A stretch of DNA of 64,000 nucleotides from an uncultured Gemmatimonadales bacterium (GCA_963771275.1 CAVYSW010000003.1:1664001-1728000); one strand, 5' to 3'. Numbered from the stretch's first letter, positions 1 through 9,413 are shown. Program-made: numbers and translations. Notes: generated by a model not told the origin, from the sequence alone.

Positions 1-14
1 GGCGCAGCATCACG

Positions 15-665
15 GTGCTCGCCCTCCTCGGGCTCGCCGGCGTCTACGTGCGGGCGCTGAAATACACCCCCGTGGAGATGAGCCAGGGCCTGGCGCAGAA
101 GATCTTCTATGTACACGTGCCGGCGGCGTGGGCGGCGCTGCTCGCCATCTCGGTGTGCGGCCTGCTCAGCGTGCTGTACCTGTGGCTCAAGGACCGGCGC
201 ATCGATCTCGCCGCGGCGGCATCCGCCGAGGTGGGTATCGCGTTCGGCGTGGTGATGCTCACCACGGGGCCGCTGTGGGGGAAGCCGATCTGGGGAACCT
301 GGTGGACCTGGGACGCGCGGCTCACGTCGACGCTGTTTCTCTTCCTGCTGTTCGTGGGCTACGTCGTGCTGCGGGGCGTGCTCACCGACCCCGGGGTCCG
401 TGGCCGGTTTTCAGCGGTGATCGGCATCATGGGCCTGGTGCTGGTCCCGTTCATTCACCTCACGGTGTACCTGTTCCGCACCCTGCATCCGGCGCCGATC
501 GTTCTCAAGCCGAGCGCGCCGTCATTGCCCAGCGTCATGCTGGTGACGCTGCTGTCGTCGGTCGGGGTGTTCACCCTGCTGTACGTCGGCTTCATGATGC
601 AGCGCTACGCCCTGGGACTGCTGCGCGAGCTGCGCGAAGAGGAGCTGGCCGGTGCCGCCCGATAA
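15..665 (+). CDS. ccmC: Cytochrome c biogenesis heme exporter CcmC (true start may lie upstream of the window)
   Basis: Trp-rich WWD motif (WGKPIWGTWWTWDARLT), conserved His in YVHVP and PFIH, six hydrophobic segments. Confidence 0.92.
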   Translation: MLALLGLAGVYVRALKYTPVEMSQGLAQKIFYVHVPAAWAALLAISVCGLLSVLYLWLKDRRIDLAAAASAEVGIAFGVVMLTTGPLWGKPIWGTWWTWDARLTSTLFLFLLFVGYVVLRGVLTDPGVRGRFSAVIGIMGLVLVPFIHLTVYLFRTLHPAPIVLKPSAPSLPSVMLVTLLSSVGVFTLLYVGFMMQRYALGLLRELREEELAGAAR

Positions 666-765
666 CCGCGCGTTCATGATTGCCGCCTACGTCATCGTCG
701 CGGTCGTGGTCGTGGTGTACGCGATCTCGCTCGTCGTCCGGACCCGCGACGTGCTGCGCAAGTGA
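652..765 (+). CDS. ccmD: Small single-TM CcmD-like protein, 37 aa (MPPDNRAFMIAAYVIVAVVVVVYAISLVVRTRDVLRK); not in the ORF track
   Basis: GTG at 652 after GAGGAG, overlaps ccmC stop, AY followed by a hydrophobic helix and basic tail, TGA at 763-765; this position after ccmC is typical of ccmD. Confidence 0.7.
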   Translation: MPPDNRAFMIAAYVIVAVVVVVYAISLVVRTRDVLRK

Positions 766-770
766 GGACT

Positions 771-909
771 GAATGTCCAATGGCCAATGCTCAATGCCCA
801 AGGCGGAAGGCGACGGCTAACGGCTAACCGCTGCACGCTACACGCTGCACGCTGCACGCTACACGCTGCCCGCTGCCCGCTACACGCTGCCCGCTACACG
901 CTACACGCC
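771..909. repeat. Heptamer tandem-repeat tract: about 4 x caatg(t/g/c)(c/t), then 14 x 7-mers of the type (g/a)c(a/c)cgct
   Basis: Read directly: gacggct aacggct aaccgct gcacgct acacgct gcacgct gcacgct acacgct gcccgct gcccgct acacgct gcccgct acacgct acacgcc (812-909), between convergent genes. Confidence 0.9.
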
Positions 910-1452
910 GCCCTCCGGCCAGCGGTGCCCGGTCTCCCCTTCCCACAGCGCGATGGCTTGCTGGGCGGCTGCGCGATCGCCCGCGGCGAGCAGCGCGCGC
1001 GCGTTCTCCCTCAGCGCTTCGGGCCCGGCGCCCGCCGCATACGCCCGTGCGAATCGCGCGCCGGCGGTGGCGGGGTCGCCCAGCTGGCGGTACAGCCGAC
1101 CGGCGGCGAACGCCGCGTCGGGGCGCTCCACGAGCTGCAGCGCCCGCTCGTAGGCGACCAGGGCGTCGCGCGTGCGGTAGGCGGCGGCGCTGGCCGCGCC
1201 GAGCGCCACCCACGCGTCGGCGGACGTGCCGAATCGCGTCGCCCAGCGACTTGCCAGCGCCATGGCACCGAGCAGGTCGCCCGCGGCCAGCTCGGCGGCA
1301 AGCAGCGCCCGATGCGGCGCGCCGAAGCCGGACTCGAGCAGGCAGGCCGCGCGCAGCCAGCGGCGGGCCCTCGGCGTCGTCGCGCCGAGCGCCGTTGCCC
1401 GGCGTGAGGCCAGGCCTGCAAGCGCCGCGCGGGCGCGCCGGAAGGGGGACAC
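901..1452 (-). CDS. TPR-like helical repeat protein
   Basis: 3' part of ORF 901..2424; GTG at 1452 with GAGGA upstream; TPR-like ADAWVALG...ALVAYERALQL and AAFAAGRLYRQLGD segments. Confidence 0.65.
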   Translation of the reverse strand: MSPFRRARAALAGLASRRATALGATTPRARRWLRAACLLESGFGAPHRALLAAELAAGDLLGAMALASRWATRFGTSADAWVALGAASAAAYRTRDALVAYERALQLVERPDAAFAAGRLYRQLGDPATAGARFARAYAAGAGPEALRENARALLAAGDRAAAQQAIALWEGETGHRWPEGGV

Positions 1453-1463
1453 GCCCCCGGTCC

Positions 1464-2153
1464 TCAAGGCTCCGGGTCGCCCGGGAGCGGGAGCAGTAGC
1501 TTGCCCCACACGAACGCGGCCACCGCCGCGCCGAGCAGCGGGCCGATCCAGTACGCCAGGTGGCCGTGCCAGTCCATCGCGACCAGTGCGGGCCCGAACG
1601 CCCGGGCGGGGTTCAGGGCCGCGCCCGTGAGCGGGCCGGCGAGGAAGATCGCGAACAGCAGCACCAGGCCGATCGCGAACCCCCCGACCTGCGGGGCGTG
1701 GCGGGACACGGCGGTCCCGAACACCGCACTCACCAGGCAGAGGGTCAGCACCGCCTCGAGCAGCACCGCCTGGGTGAGCGTCACGTCCTGCGCGATGCGC
1801 GGCACCCCGAAGCTCGCCTGCTGCGCGGCGCCCGGGGGGAACAGGTGGCCGACGCACAGCACGGCGACCACCGCGGCCGCGAGCTGGGTCACGACGTACA
1901 GCGCGGCCCGTCCCGTCTTGATCCGACCCGTCATCCACACCGCGAACGTGACCGCGGGGTTGAGGTGTCCGCCGGAGATGCGCATCGTGACCGTCACCAT
2001 CACGGCGAACGCGAGCGCGTGCGCGAACGCGATGCCGCCGATGCCGAACAGGTCGTTCCGGGCGGCGTTCGTGACGACGATGCCGGTGCCGACGAACACG
2101 AAGGCAAACGTGCCCAGAAACTCGGCCGCGAGCGGTCGCAGGGTGGATCGCAT
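1464..2153 (-). CDS. MIP/aquaporin family channel
   Basis: Two NPA motifs (SGGHLNPAVT, ALNPARAFGP) and N-terminal AEFLGT; ATG at 2153. Confidence 0.95.
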   Translation of the reverse strand: MRSTLRPLAAEFLGTFAFVFVGTGIVVTNAARNDLFGIGGIAFAHALAFAVMVTVTMRISGGHLNPAVTFAVWMTGRIKTGRAALYVVTQLAAAVVAVLCVGHLFPPGAAQQASFGVPRIAQDVTLTQAVLLEAVLTLCLVSAVFGTAVSRHAPQVGGFAIGLVLLFAIFLAGPLTGAALNPARAFGPALVAMDWHGHLAYWIGPLLGAAVAAFVWGKLLLPLPGDPEP

Positions 2154-2200
2154 GGGGGTCTCGTCCTCCGTGATCGGGAGCGGCTCCGCGACCGGACCGG

Positions 2201-3433
2201 CTAGGCCCGTCGCAGCACCAGGCTCGCGTTGACGCCGCCGAACCCGAACGAGTTCGACAGGGCGACCTCCGGCTGGGCCGCGCGCCCGTCGCGCGGCAGG
2301 TAGTCGAGGTCGCACGCCGCGTCGGGGGTCTGCAGGTTGAGCGTCGGCGGCAGCCACGCGCGCGCGAGCGCCAGCGCCGTGATCGCCGCCTCGATCGCCC
2401 CGCTCGCCCCCAGCGGATGTCCATAGTAGCCCTTCGTCCCGCTCACGGCGAGCCGGGCCGCGTGGTCCCCGAAAACCAGCTTCAGGGCGGCCGTCTCCGT
2501 GGAGTCGTTGAGTGGGGTGGACGAGCCGTGCGCGTTGACGTAGCCCACCGCGGTCGGCGGGACGCCGGCGTCGCGCAGCGCCAGCGTCATGGCGCGCGCG
2601 GCCTCGCGCCCGCCGGGCTTCGGGGCGGTCATGTGATGGGCGTCGTTGGTGAGCGCGTAGCCGAGCACCTCGGCGTAGATCCGGGCGCCCCGCGCGACCG
2701 CGCGCTCCCGGGCCTCGAGCACCAGCACCGCGGCCCCTTCGCCCATCACGAAGCCGTCGCGCCCGGCATCGAACGGCCGGCTGGCGGTCGCCGGATCGTC
2801 GTTGCGCGTGGACATCGCGCGGATCAGGGCGAAGGCACCGAAGCAGAGCGGGGCGAGCGGCGCCTCCGCGCCGCCGGCCAGCATCACGTCCGCATCGCCG
2901 CGCTGGATCGCCCGCAGCGCGTCGCCGAGCGCGACCGTTCCCGAGGCGCAGGACATGCCGTTCGTCGCGTTGGGCCCGGTGAACCCGAACGCGATGGCGA
3001 TGTTGCAGGAGGCCGCCCCACCAAAGACCGTGAGCGCGAGGTGCGCGTCGACGGCGCGGAGCCCATCGCGGTGGAACACGATCGCCTGGTGCTCCGCGTG
3101 CGCCACCCCGCCGAGCGCCGACCCCATCATGACGCCCACGCGGTCGTGATCCGCGCGCGCGGCATCGAGCCCGGCGTCGTCCAGCGCGAGCCGCGCCGCC
3201 GTCACGCCGAGTTGGGAGAATCGGTCGAGCCGCCGCACCTGTTTGGCTTCGAGGTGGTCCTGCGGGCGGAAGTCCGGGATCTCGGCGGCGATCCGGCTGC
3301 GGAACGGGGCCGGATCGAACCGGGTGATCTCGCGCACCCCCGAGCGGCGCGCCAGGAGACCCGCCCACAAGCCATCCACCCCCGTGCCCACTGGGGTGAC
3401 GCAGCCGATGCCCGTGATCACGACCCGTTGCAT
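2201..3433 (-). CDS. fabF: Beta-ketoacyl-ACP synthase II (FabF-type ketosynthase)
   Basis: RVVITGIG start, catalytic Cys (SCASG), His (NAHGSST), His (GHPLGASG), DGFVMGEGA, SNSFGFGG. Confidence 0.9.
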   Translation of the reverse strand: MQRVVITGIGCVTPVGTGVDGLWAGLLARRSGVREITRFDPAPFRSRIAAEIPDFRPQDHLEAKQVRRLDRFSQLGVTAARLALDDAGLDAARADHDRVGVMMGSALGGVAHAEHQAIVFHRDGLRAVDAHLALTVFGGAASCNIAIAFGFTGPNATNGMSCASGTVALGDALRAIQRGDADVMLAGGAEAPLAPLCFGAFALIRAMSTRNDDPATASRPFDAGRDGFVMGEGAAVLVLEARERAVARGARIYAEVLGYALTNDAHHMTAPKPGGREAARAMTLALRDAGVPPTAVGYVNAHGSSTPLNDSTETAALKLVFGDHAARLAVSGTKGYYGHPLGASGAIEAAITALALARAWLPPTLNLQTPDAACDLDYLPRDGRAAQPEVALSNSFGFGGVNASLVLRRA

Positions 3434-3885
3434 GCGCGTTCCGCCTCCCGTTTCACGCCCGCCAGGGTGCGGGCGGCGATCCCGTGAATGAATACCGGCC
3501 CGATCACCAGCGCGGCGGCCGGCCTGCCGATCAGCGGCCACGGGGGTCCCGCCCACGCGTGGACGATGCGGACGTCCGTGGCCCCGTCGCGCCCGCCCAC
3601 CGTCCACGCGACGTCCATGCCGCGCGTGATACCCTGGATGTGGCGGTAGTGAATCGTCAGGGCGTCCGGCTCGAGCCGCATCTCCGAGACCCACCACGTC
3701 GGGTAGCCCAACGGGCCGAACGGTCGCCACGCCGCCATCTCCACCACGGCCGCGTCCGCCCGCCGCTCCAGCACCCGGACCCAGCGATAGTGCGGCAGGA
3801 ACGTCGGCCAACGCTCGACGTCCGCCGCCAGGGCGTAGACGCGCTCCCGGGGGGCCGCGACCGCAATGCGGTCAACCGTGCGCAT
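3418..3885 (-). CDS. SRPBCC/START-fold polyketide cyclase/dehydrase-like protein
   Basis: N-terminal IAVAAPRERVYALAADVERWPTFLP signature, ~155 aa, C-terminal helix; overlaps both neighbours. Confidence 0.8.
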   Translation of the reverse strand: MRTVDRIAVAAPRERVYALAADVERWPTFLPHYRWVRVLERRADAAVVEMAAWRPFGPLGYPTWWVSEMRLEPDALTIHYRHIQGITRGMDVAWTVGGRDGATDVRIVHAWAGPPWPLIGRPAAALVIGPVFIHGIAARTLAGVKREAERACNGS

Positions 3886-4576
3886 GGCGCGCTCGCCAGA
3901 CCGCCACGAGGCGGAACCCACGACGGCGGTGCACAGACCCGGCGATCCCGGCCGTCGCCAGCAGCGCGCGGAGCTCGGTCGCCGTGAAGCTGCGGCGCAC
4001 GCTGAGGATGCCGTCGCGGCGCGTCACCGGATGCAGGCCGAGCGTCAGCGCTGCGAGCCAGATCCCGCCGACCGCCCAGGCCGTGCGCCGCGGCTCCGCC
4101 ACGATGACCCCCAGCCGCGCCAGTTCGTCGAACGCGCGCACCAGCGCCACCGCACTCGCCCGGTCGAAATGGTGCAGCAGCTGGCTGGCGAGCACGATGT
4201 CCACCGATCCCGGCCGCAGCGGGAGGGCCGCCGCCGTCGCCACGACCGGGTTGAGGCCGGCCGCGTGACACAGCGCGCTCGCCGCCGGATGCGTGTCGAC
4301 GGTGAGCGGCACGAGCGTGATGCCCCGGGCGCGTGCCCGGCGCGCCAGCGCGGCCGCGATGTCGCCGGCGCCGGCGCCGACGTCGAGCAGCGTGAGGCGC
4401 TCCCCCGGACGCCGGTCCCGCAGCAGGCGATCGAGACCAAACGCCGCGGCGCTGCGCCCGCCGAACAGGGCGTTCACGGTCCCGAGGTCCTCCAGGGTGG
4501 CGCGGGCCACCGGGAGGGGACAGTCGCGGCCGTCGAGCGCCTCGCGACCGAGCGCGGCGGGCGTGAGGGAAATCAT
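3872..4576 (-). CDS. Class I SAM-dependent methyltransferase
   Basis: LLDVGAGAGD motif I, DIVLASQLLHHF, DGILSVRRSFT. Confidence 0.88.
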   Translation of the reverse strand: MISLTPAALGREALDGRDCPLPVARATLEDLGTVNALFGGRSAAAFGLDRLLRDRRPGERLTLLDVGAGAGDIAAALARRARARGITLVPLTVDTHPAASALCHAAGLNPVVATAAALPLRPGSVDIVLASQLLHHFDRASAVALVRAFDELARLGVIVAEPRRTAWAVGGIWLAALTLGLHPVTRRDGILSVRRSFTATELRALLATAGIAGSVHRRRGFRLVAVWRARHAHG

Positions 4577-4650
4577 GAGCGCGGGCGGCCGGCGCCGGAG
4601 AGGACGGCGGCATCCGACACGTCGCGGTGGTGAGCCGGCGGCATCGCGCC

Positions 4651-5868
4651 CTACCGCACCAGCTGCCAGGCGAAGTCGGGCCGCAGCACCCGCCACGCCG
4701 GGACGAAATCGCCGGTCGCGCCGACCAGCAGATCGGCCAGGTCGGCCCGCCGTGCGAGCCGGGCCGCGACGTGATCGAGCACGCGCGGCACCGCGACCGC
4801 CCAGCCGATCAGCCGCTCAAGCACCCACTTCCCCCCGAACGCGCGCAGCCGGTCGCGGTCGTAGCCCGCCAGGTCGCCTGCCGCGAGCCGGTCCGTCGCC
4901 AAACCGGCGAGCACGTGCGGCGCCAGCAGCTCGGCGCCCCGGAGCGCCGCGAAGATCCCCTCGCCGGTGAACGGGTCGTAGAAGTCCGCGGCGTCCCCCA
5001 CGAGAGCCACACCATCCCCGGTCGCGCGCGTGGTCCAGCGCGCGAACGGCCCGACGGCCAGCACGGGCGAGACGAACCGCGCCCCCGCGAGCCGGGCGTG
5101 CACGGACGGGAAGCGCGCGATCAGCGCCCGGAGCCGGTCCGCCGGCCCGCCGCCGGCGGGGAGCGCCGCCGGCTCCGCGACCGCCGCCACGTTCGTGAGG
5201 CCGCGGCCGACGGGTGCCAGCCCCACGTACGCGCCGGCCGCCACGAACATCTCGCCCACCTCGCCCATCCCGCAGACGTCCACCGCGTGCGTGACGAACG
5301 CGAAGCGCCGCCGACGCCCCTGGCGCGCGACGCCGAGCCGCCGCGCCACGCGCGAATGCAGGCCGTCCGCGCCGACGATCAGCCGGGCGCTGACGGTGCA
5401 GCGCCCGCCGCCGGTCCGCACCACGACCGCCGCGCCCCCCCACGCGCTCGGCGTCAGCTCCTCGACGGCCGTGCGCTCGTACAGTCGCGCACCCGCCCGC
5501 ACCGCGGCCTCGACGAGGTGCCGGTCGAGCACCGTGCGCGGCAACGCCAGCCCATACGGCGCAAACGCAGGGTATCCGGCTCCGGCGAACCGTCCGAGGA
5601 AACCGGTCCCGCTCGGGCTCACGATGCGCATGCCGGTGAGGTGCGCCGGCTCCTCCGCCTCGAGTCCGGCGAGCACGCCGAGCCGCGCGAGGACGCGACC
5701 GGCCTCCGGGCTGAGATACTCGCTGCATGGCTTCTCCCGCGGGAATGCATGGCGCTCCACCAGCGCCACGTCCACACCCTCCGCCGCGAGCAGCGCGGCC
5801 GTGGCGCTGCCGGCGGGACCGGCCCCGACCACGACGACGTCGTGAGTCACCGTCGCACGCGAAGGCAT
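4651..5868 (-). CDS. FAD-dependent oxidoreductase (geranylgeranyl reductase/monooxygenase-like)
   Basis: VVGAGPAGS, FPREKPC, IVGADG, LVGDAA and DPFTGEGI motifs. Confidence 0.88.
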   Translation of the reverse strand: MPSRATVTHDVVVVGAGPAGSATAALLAAEGVDVALVERHAFPREKPCSEYLSPEAGRVLARLGVLAGLEAEEPAHLTGMRIVSPSGTGFLGRFAGAGYPAFAPYGLALPRTVLDRHLVEAAVRAGARLYERTAVEELTPSAWGGAAVVVRTGGGRCTVSARLIVGADGLHSRVARRLGVARQGRRRRFAFVTHAVDVCGMGEVGEMFVAAGAYVGLAPVGRGLTNVAAVAEPAALPAGGGPADRLRALIARFPSVHARLAGARFVSPVLAVGPFARWTTRATGDGVALVGDAADFYDPFTGEGIFAALRGAELLAPHVLAGLATDRLAAGDLAGYDRDRLRAFGGKWVLERLIGWAVAVPRVLDHVAARLARRADLADLLVGATGDFVPAWRVLRPDFAWQLVR

Positions 5869-5887
5869 GGTGGGAGTGGGGAGCGAT

Positions 5888-6646
5888 CTACCGGACGGCT
5901 GCGGCGAGGCCGGCGGCCAGGGCCGCGCCGACCCCGGTCGCCGCGAGATTCACCGTGTCGTTCGTCACCCAGCGGCACCCGCGCACGAGGGTCCCCGGCG
6001 CGCCGCAGCCGTGCTCCGGCGTTTCCGTCTCCGCGTCGCACAGCGGGCAGCGGTACACGGCCTGCAGCGTGGCGCCGAGCAGCGAGTCGGCCACCATCCC
6101 GATGGTGCCCGTCACCGCGGCCACCCCGGCCGTAGGCCCCGGAATTCCGAGGCCCCAGCCCAGCAGGGCGAGCAGCACGGCGCCCGTCAGGCCGGCCAGC
6201 GTGCCGCGCGCCGTGACGCCGCCGGACGTCCCGGCCGGCACGGGTCGGCCGGTGGTGATCAGCACCGGCTGACGCGGAGCCCGCGAGCCGATCTCGGTAG
6301 CCCAGGTGTCGGCCTGCGCTGCCGCGAGCCCGCCGGTCAGTACGGCCCAGCCGATCCCCGGCGCGACCGGAGCCAGCAGCCCGCCGAGCGCGGCGGTCCA
6401 GCCGTTGGCCCAGACCTGGCGGGCGGTACGCCGCGCCGAAGCGCGCGGTGGGCCGTTCCAGGCCGTGAGCGCGCTGCCGGAGACGAAGAACGTTCCGAGC
6501 AGTCCCATGCCCGCCAGGCCCGCGCCGGCAAGCACACAGGTGCCCACGGCGGTTGCGGCCGCCGCGGCCCCGCGCGTCAGCCAGCCCAGGCCGTGACCCA
6601 GCAGGGCGACGAGCGCGGCAACGCAGAACGCGAGCCAGGGCGTCAC
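5888..6646 (-). CDS. DUF92/TMEM19 family membrane protein
   Basis: RTARQVWANG, ADTWATEIG, GTSGGVT, DSLLGATLQ and NDTVN motifs; GTGA overlap with the anti-sigma stop. Confidence 0.85.
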   Translation of the reverse strand: MTPWLAFCVAALVALLGHGLGWLTRGAAAAATAVGTCVLAGAGLAGMGLLGTFFVSGSALTAWNGPPRASARRTARQVWANGWTAALGGLLAPVAPGIGWAVLTGGLAAAQADTWATEIGSRAPRQPVLITTGRPVPAGTSGGVTARGTLAGLTGAVLLALLGWGLGIPGPTAGVAAVTGTIGMVADSLLGATLQAVYRCPLCDAETETPEHGCGAPGTLVRGCRWVTNDTVNLAATGVGAALAAGLAAAVR

Positions 6647-6906
6647 GGCCGTTCGGCCGCGCCGCCTTCCAACAGGGTGTCGAGGATCCGCCGCCGGAGG
6701 GCGGGAGGGATTTCCTGCGCGCGGGCACGCGCCTCGAGGAACCTGAGGTAGGCATGCTCGAAGCCGAACAGCGAGAAGCAGTAGGCGCACGTGCCGAGGT
6801 GCGCCTTGACCGCCGCCTCGCGCTCCGGGGTGAGCTCGCCGTCGAGGTAGTCGTACAGATGCTCGATGGCCTCGAGGCAGGCGCGTGGATCCACGGCGTC
6901 GCTCAT
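6643..6906 (-). CDS. Zinc-finger (ZAS, zf-HC2) anti-sigma factor, RsrA/RshA-like, soluble
   Basis: C...LYDYLDGEL...HLGTCAYC (HxxxCxxC); directly downstream of the ECF sigma; no TM segment. Confidence 0.88.
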   Translation of the reverse strand: MSDAVDPRACLEAIEHLYDYLDGELTPEREAAVKAHLGTCAYCFSLFGFEHAYLRFLEARARAQEIPPALRRRILDTLLEGGAAERP

Positions 6907-7469
6907 GGGGAGCCTCGCTTCACGTAGCCCATTTCCACGGCATACTCGTACAGCTCCTTCTGCAGCAGCTGGCGCCCGCGGAACAGCCGGGACTTGACGG
7001 TCCCCACCGGCACGCCGGTCACCTCGGCGACCTCCGCGTAGCTCAGCCCTTCGACGTCGGCCAGGACGAGCGTCTCGCGAAACTCGACCGGCAGCCGGTC
7101 TACCGCCCGGAGCACCTCGTCGTCCACGATCCGGTCGAAGAACGCGCCCTCGGGGTCCGCCGTCTGCACGTCCCGGAACACCGTGAACCCCTCGATGGCG
7201 TGAACGTCCACGGGGTCCGGCCGGTTCCCGGAGCGGCGATACTGGTTGATGAACGTGTTCCGCAGGATCGTGAGCAGCCAGGCACGTGCGTTCGTGCCCG
7301 GCCGATACTGCTGCCAGGCCCGGAACGCCTTGAGCATCGTGTCCTGGGTGAGATCCTCCGCCTCCGCCACGTTGCGCGCGAGCCGCCGGGCCACGCGGTA
7401 TACCGTGTCGAGGTGCGCCAGCGCCTCGCGCTCGAATGACGGCGGGAATCCTAGCGGAGCGTCGGACAC
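6903..7469 (-). CDS. ECF RNA polymerase sigma factor (SigH/SigR-like)
   Basis: AEDLTQDTMLKAFR, GTNARAWLLTILRNTFIN and region 4 LSYAEVAEVTGVPVGTVKSRLFRGR; likely GTG start at 7469. Confidence 0.92.
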   Translation of the reverse strand: MSDAPLGFPPSFEREALAHLDTVYRVARRLARNVAEAEDLTQDTMLKAFRAWQQYRPGTNARAWLLTILRNTFINQYRRSGNRPDPVDVHAIEGFTVFRDVQTADPEGAFFDRIVDDEVLRAVDRLPVEFRETLVLADVEGLSYAEVAEVTGVPVGTVKSRLFRGRQLLQKELYEYAVEMGYVKRGSP

Positions 7470-7593
7470 GAAAGCCGCTGCCTCACGGTGATCGGGGATG
7501 GCCCAAGGATCGCCCGCTCCCGCAGGCCACGCAATGCCTACTGGTCCCGCGGGGGGACCGTCGCTAACTTGCGCCCTCCGTTGCCAGACGCAT

Positions 7594-8220
7594 GTGACAA
7601 CAACGCCAACCGCCGACGTTTCCGCCGTTCTTCCCCTTGCCGTCCTGGAAGCCCTGCGCGGGCTCGACCGGCCGGCACCCGACGCCTTCGACGAGGTGCA
7701 TGGCGAGCTGACGGCCAAGCGGCTTGGCCTGAGCCGGACCGTGGCGGCCGAGATCGAGCGGCTCGAACGCCTCGGTCGCCGTGGAGATGGGGTGTCGGCC
7801 GCCGAGCTCGCGGCGCTGTTACGGCTCGCGGCGCGCCGCCAGGATGCGGCTCTGGTGTTTTCCGAAGCGGGCCGCCGGGCGGCGCGCCGCGCCGTGCGGC
7901 AGCTGCCGACGGTGCTCCGGGTAGGACGCACGACCTTGCCGGACGGGTTGCGCCGCAGCCTCGGGCTGGTGCTGGCGCGGCGCGTCGCCGCGCGGGTGTT
8001 CGGGATGGCGCTGTCGCTGGAGGCGGGCGTCCCCGTCGCGACGCTCGCCGAGAGCCATGCGCGGGTGACCGAGCCCGGCCCGGCGTGCGGGTTCTTCGCC
8101 TCGGCGCTCGCCGAGCTGCTGCGGCAGACCACGGGGTTCGATGACGCCATGGTGCACACTGCCTGCCGGGGTCGCGGCGATGCGCGGTGCACCTGGCGCG
8201 CCGCGACCCTTCACGACTGA
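7594..8220 (+). CDS. Hypothetical protein with C-terminal V4R-like domain
   Basis: ACGFFASALAELL...HTACRGRGDARCTW pattern; start uncertain (GTG 7594). Confidence 0.65.
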   Translation: MTTTPTADVSAVLPLAVLEALRGLDRPAPDAFDEVHGELTAKRLGLSRTVAAEIERLERLGRRGDGVSAAELAALLRLAARRQDAALVFSEAGRRAARRAVRQLPTVLRVGRTTLPDGLRRSLGLVLARRVAARVFGMALSLEAGVPVATLAESHARVTEPGPACGFFASALAELLRQTTGFDDAMVHTACRGRGDARCTWRAATLHD

Positions 8221-8237
8221 CCAGAGGGAGGCCGCTT

Positions 8238-9413
8238 ATGCCGGTCCTCGATCGCATCGATCTCGGCGCCGTGCGCGACGCGCTCGGCCGCCGCAAGCTG
8301 GACGGCTGGCTGATCTACGACTTCCATGGCGTGAACCCGGTGGCGGCCCGTGTGCTCGGACTGGGCGGCATGGCCTCGCGCCGCATCTTCGTGCTGCTGC
8401 CCGCCACGGGACGCCCCGTCGCGATCGCGCACAAGATCGAGCTGCAGCCGCTCGCGGGGTTCCCGGGCGAGATCCTGAGCTACGCCAAATGGCAGGAGCT
8501 GCACGCCCACCTCACCAGTGTCGTGCGCGGCAAGCGGCTGGCGATGGAGGTGTCGCCGGACGACGCGGTTCCCTATCTCGACCGCGTGCCGTCGGGCGTG
8601 GTCTCGCTGATCGAGCGGCTCGGCGGGCGCATCGAGTCGTCGGCCGATCTGGTGACGCTGTTCTCCGCGCGGTGGAGCCCCGCCGAGCTGGCCGATCACC
8701 GCTATGCGGCCAAGGCCCTGGCCGACATCGCGCGGCAGACCGTGGCGCAGGTGGTGCGCGAGGCGGGAGCGGCGCGGGAGCACGCGGTGCAGCAGCGCGT
8801 GTGCGAGCAGATGACGCGGGCGGGACTGGTGTGGGACCATCCTCCCATCGTGGGGTTCGGACCCAACGCCGCCAACCCCCACTACGAGCCCGTGGCCGGC
8901 ACCGATGCCCTGCTCGAGGCCGGACAGGTCGTCCTGCTTGACCTCTGGGGCGGCCGCTCGCTCACCACCGTGTTCGCGGATCAGACCTGGATGGGGTTCG
9001 CGGGCCGGACCCCGCCGGACGAAGTGCAGCGCGTCTGGACCATCGTGCGTGACGCGCGTGATGCCGCGATCGCGCGACTGCGCGCGGGCCTCGCCGCCGG
9101 GCAAACCGTGACGGGCGCGGACCTCGACGCCGCCACCCGGGCGCACATCGTGGCGCATGGGTACGGGGACGCGTTCGTGCACCGCACGGGACATTCCATT
9201 GATATCGAGCTGCACGGGTCGGGCCCCCACCTCGACAGCTACGAGACGAACGACGTGCGCGCGCTGCTGCCCGGCGTGGGCTTCTCCGTCGAGCCCGGCA
9301 TCTACCTGACGGGCCGGTTCGGGGTGCGCAGCGAGGTCAATGTCGTGCTGCACGAGACCGGGCCGGAAGTCACCCCGGCGGAGCCGCAGACCGAGTTGAT
9401 TCTGGCGCCGTGA
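8238..9413 (+). CDS. M24 family metallopeptidase (Xaa-Pro aminopeptidase-like)
   Basis: ANPHY, LLDLW...ADQT, HRTGHSI, FSVEPGIY and GVRSE metal ligands; GGGAGG RBS. Confidence 0.9.
   Translation: MPVLDRIDLGAVRDALGRRKLDGWLIYDFHGVNPVAARVLGLGGMASRRIFVLLPATGRPVAIAHKIELQPLAGFPGEILSYAKWQELHAHLTSVVRGKRLAMEVSPDDAVPYLDRVPSGVVSLIERLGGRIESSADLVTLFSARWSPAELADHRYAAKALADIARQTVAQVVREAGAAREHAVQQRVCEQMTRAGLVWDHPPIVGFGPNAANPHYEPVAGTDALLEAGQVVLLDLWGGRSLTTVFADQTWMGFAGRTPPDEVQRVWTIVRDARDAAIARLRAGLAAGQTVTGADLDAATRAHIVAHGYGDAFVHRTGHSIDIELHGSGPHLDSYETNDVRALLPGVGFSVEPGIYLTGRFGVRSEVNVVLHETGPEVTPAEPQTELILAP

Noticed and set aside
787..1407. 206-aa ORF with CTLHAAR repeats
   Set aside because: Translation of the heptamer DNA array, antisense to the TPR-like gene; no coding evidence
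1464..3368. Apparent 634-aa aquaporin fusion, and the 507-aa ORF 901..2424
   Set aside because: The N-terminal extensions are off-frame read-through across fabF or the aquaporin; real starts with RBS-like sequence are at 2153 and 1452
7594..8220. BchJ or photosynthesis link for the V4R protein, and BchP for the FAD enzyme at 4651-5868
   Set aside because: No bch, puf or crt genes in the window; both folds are widespread
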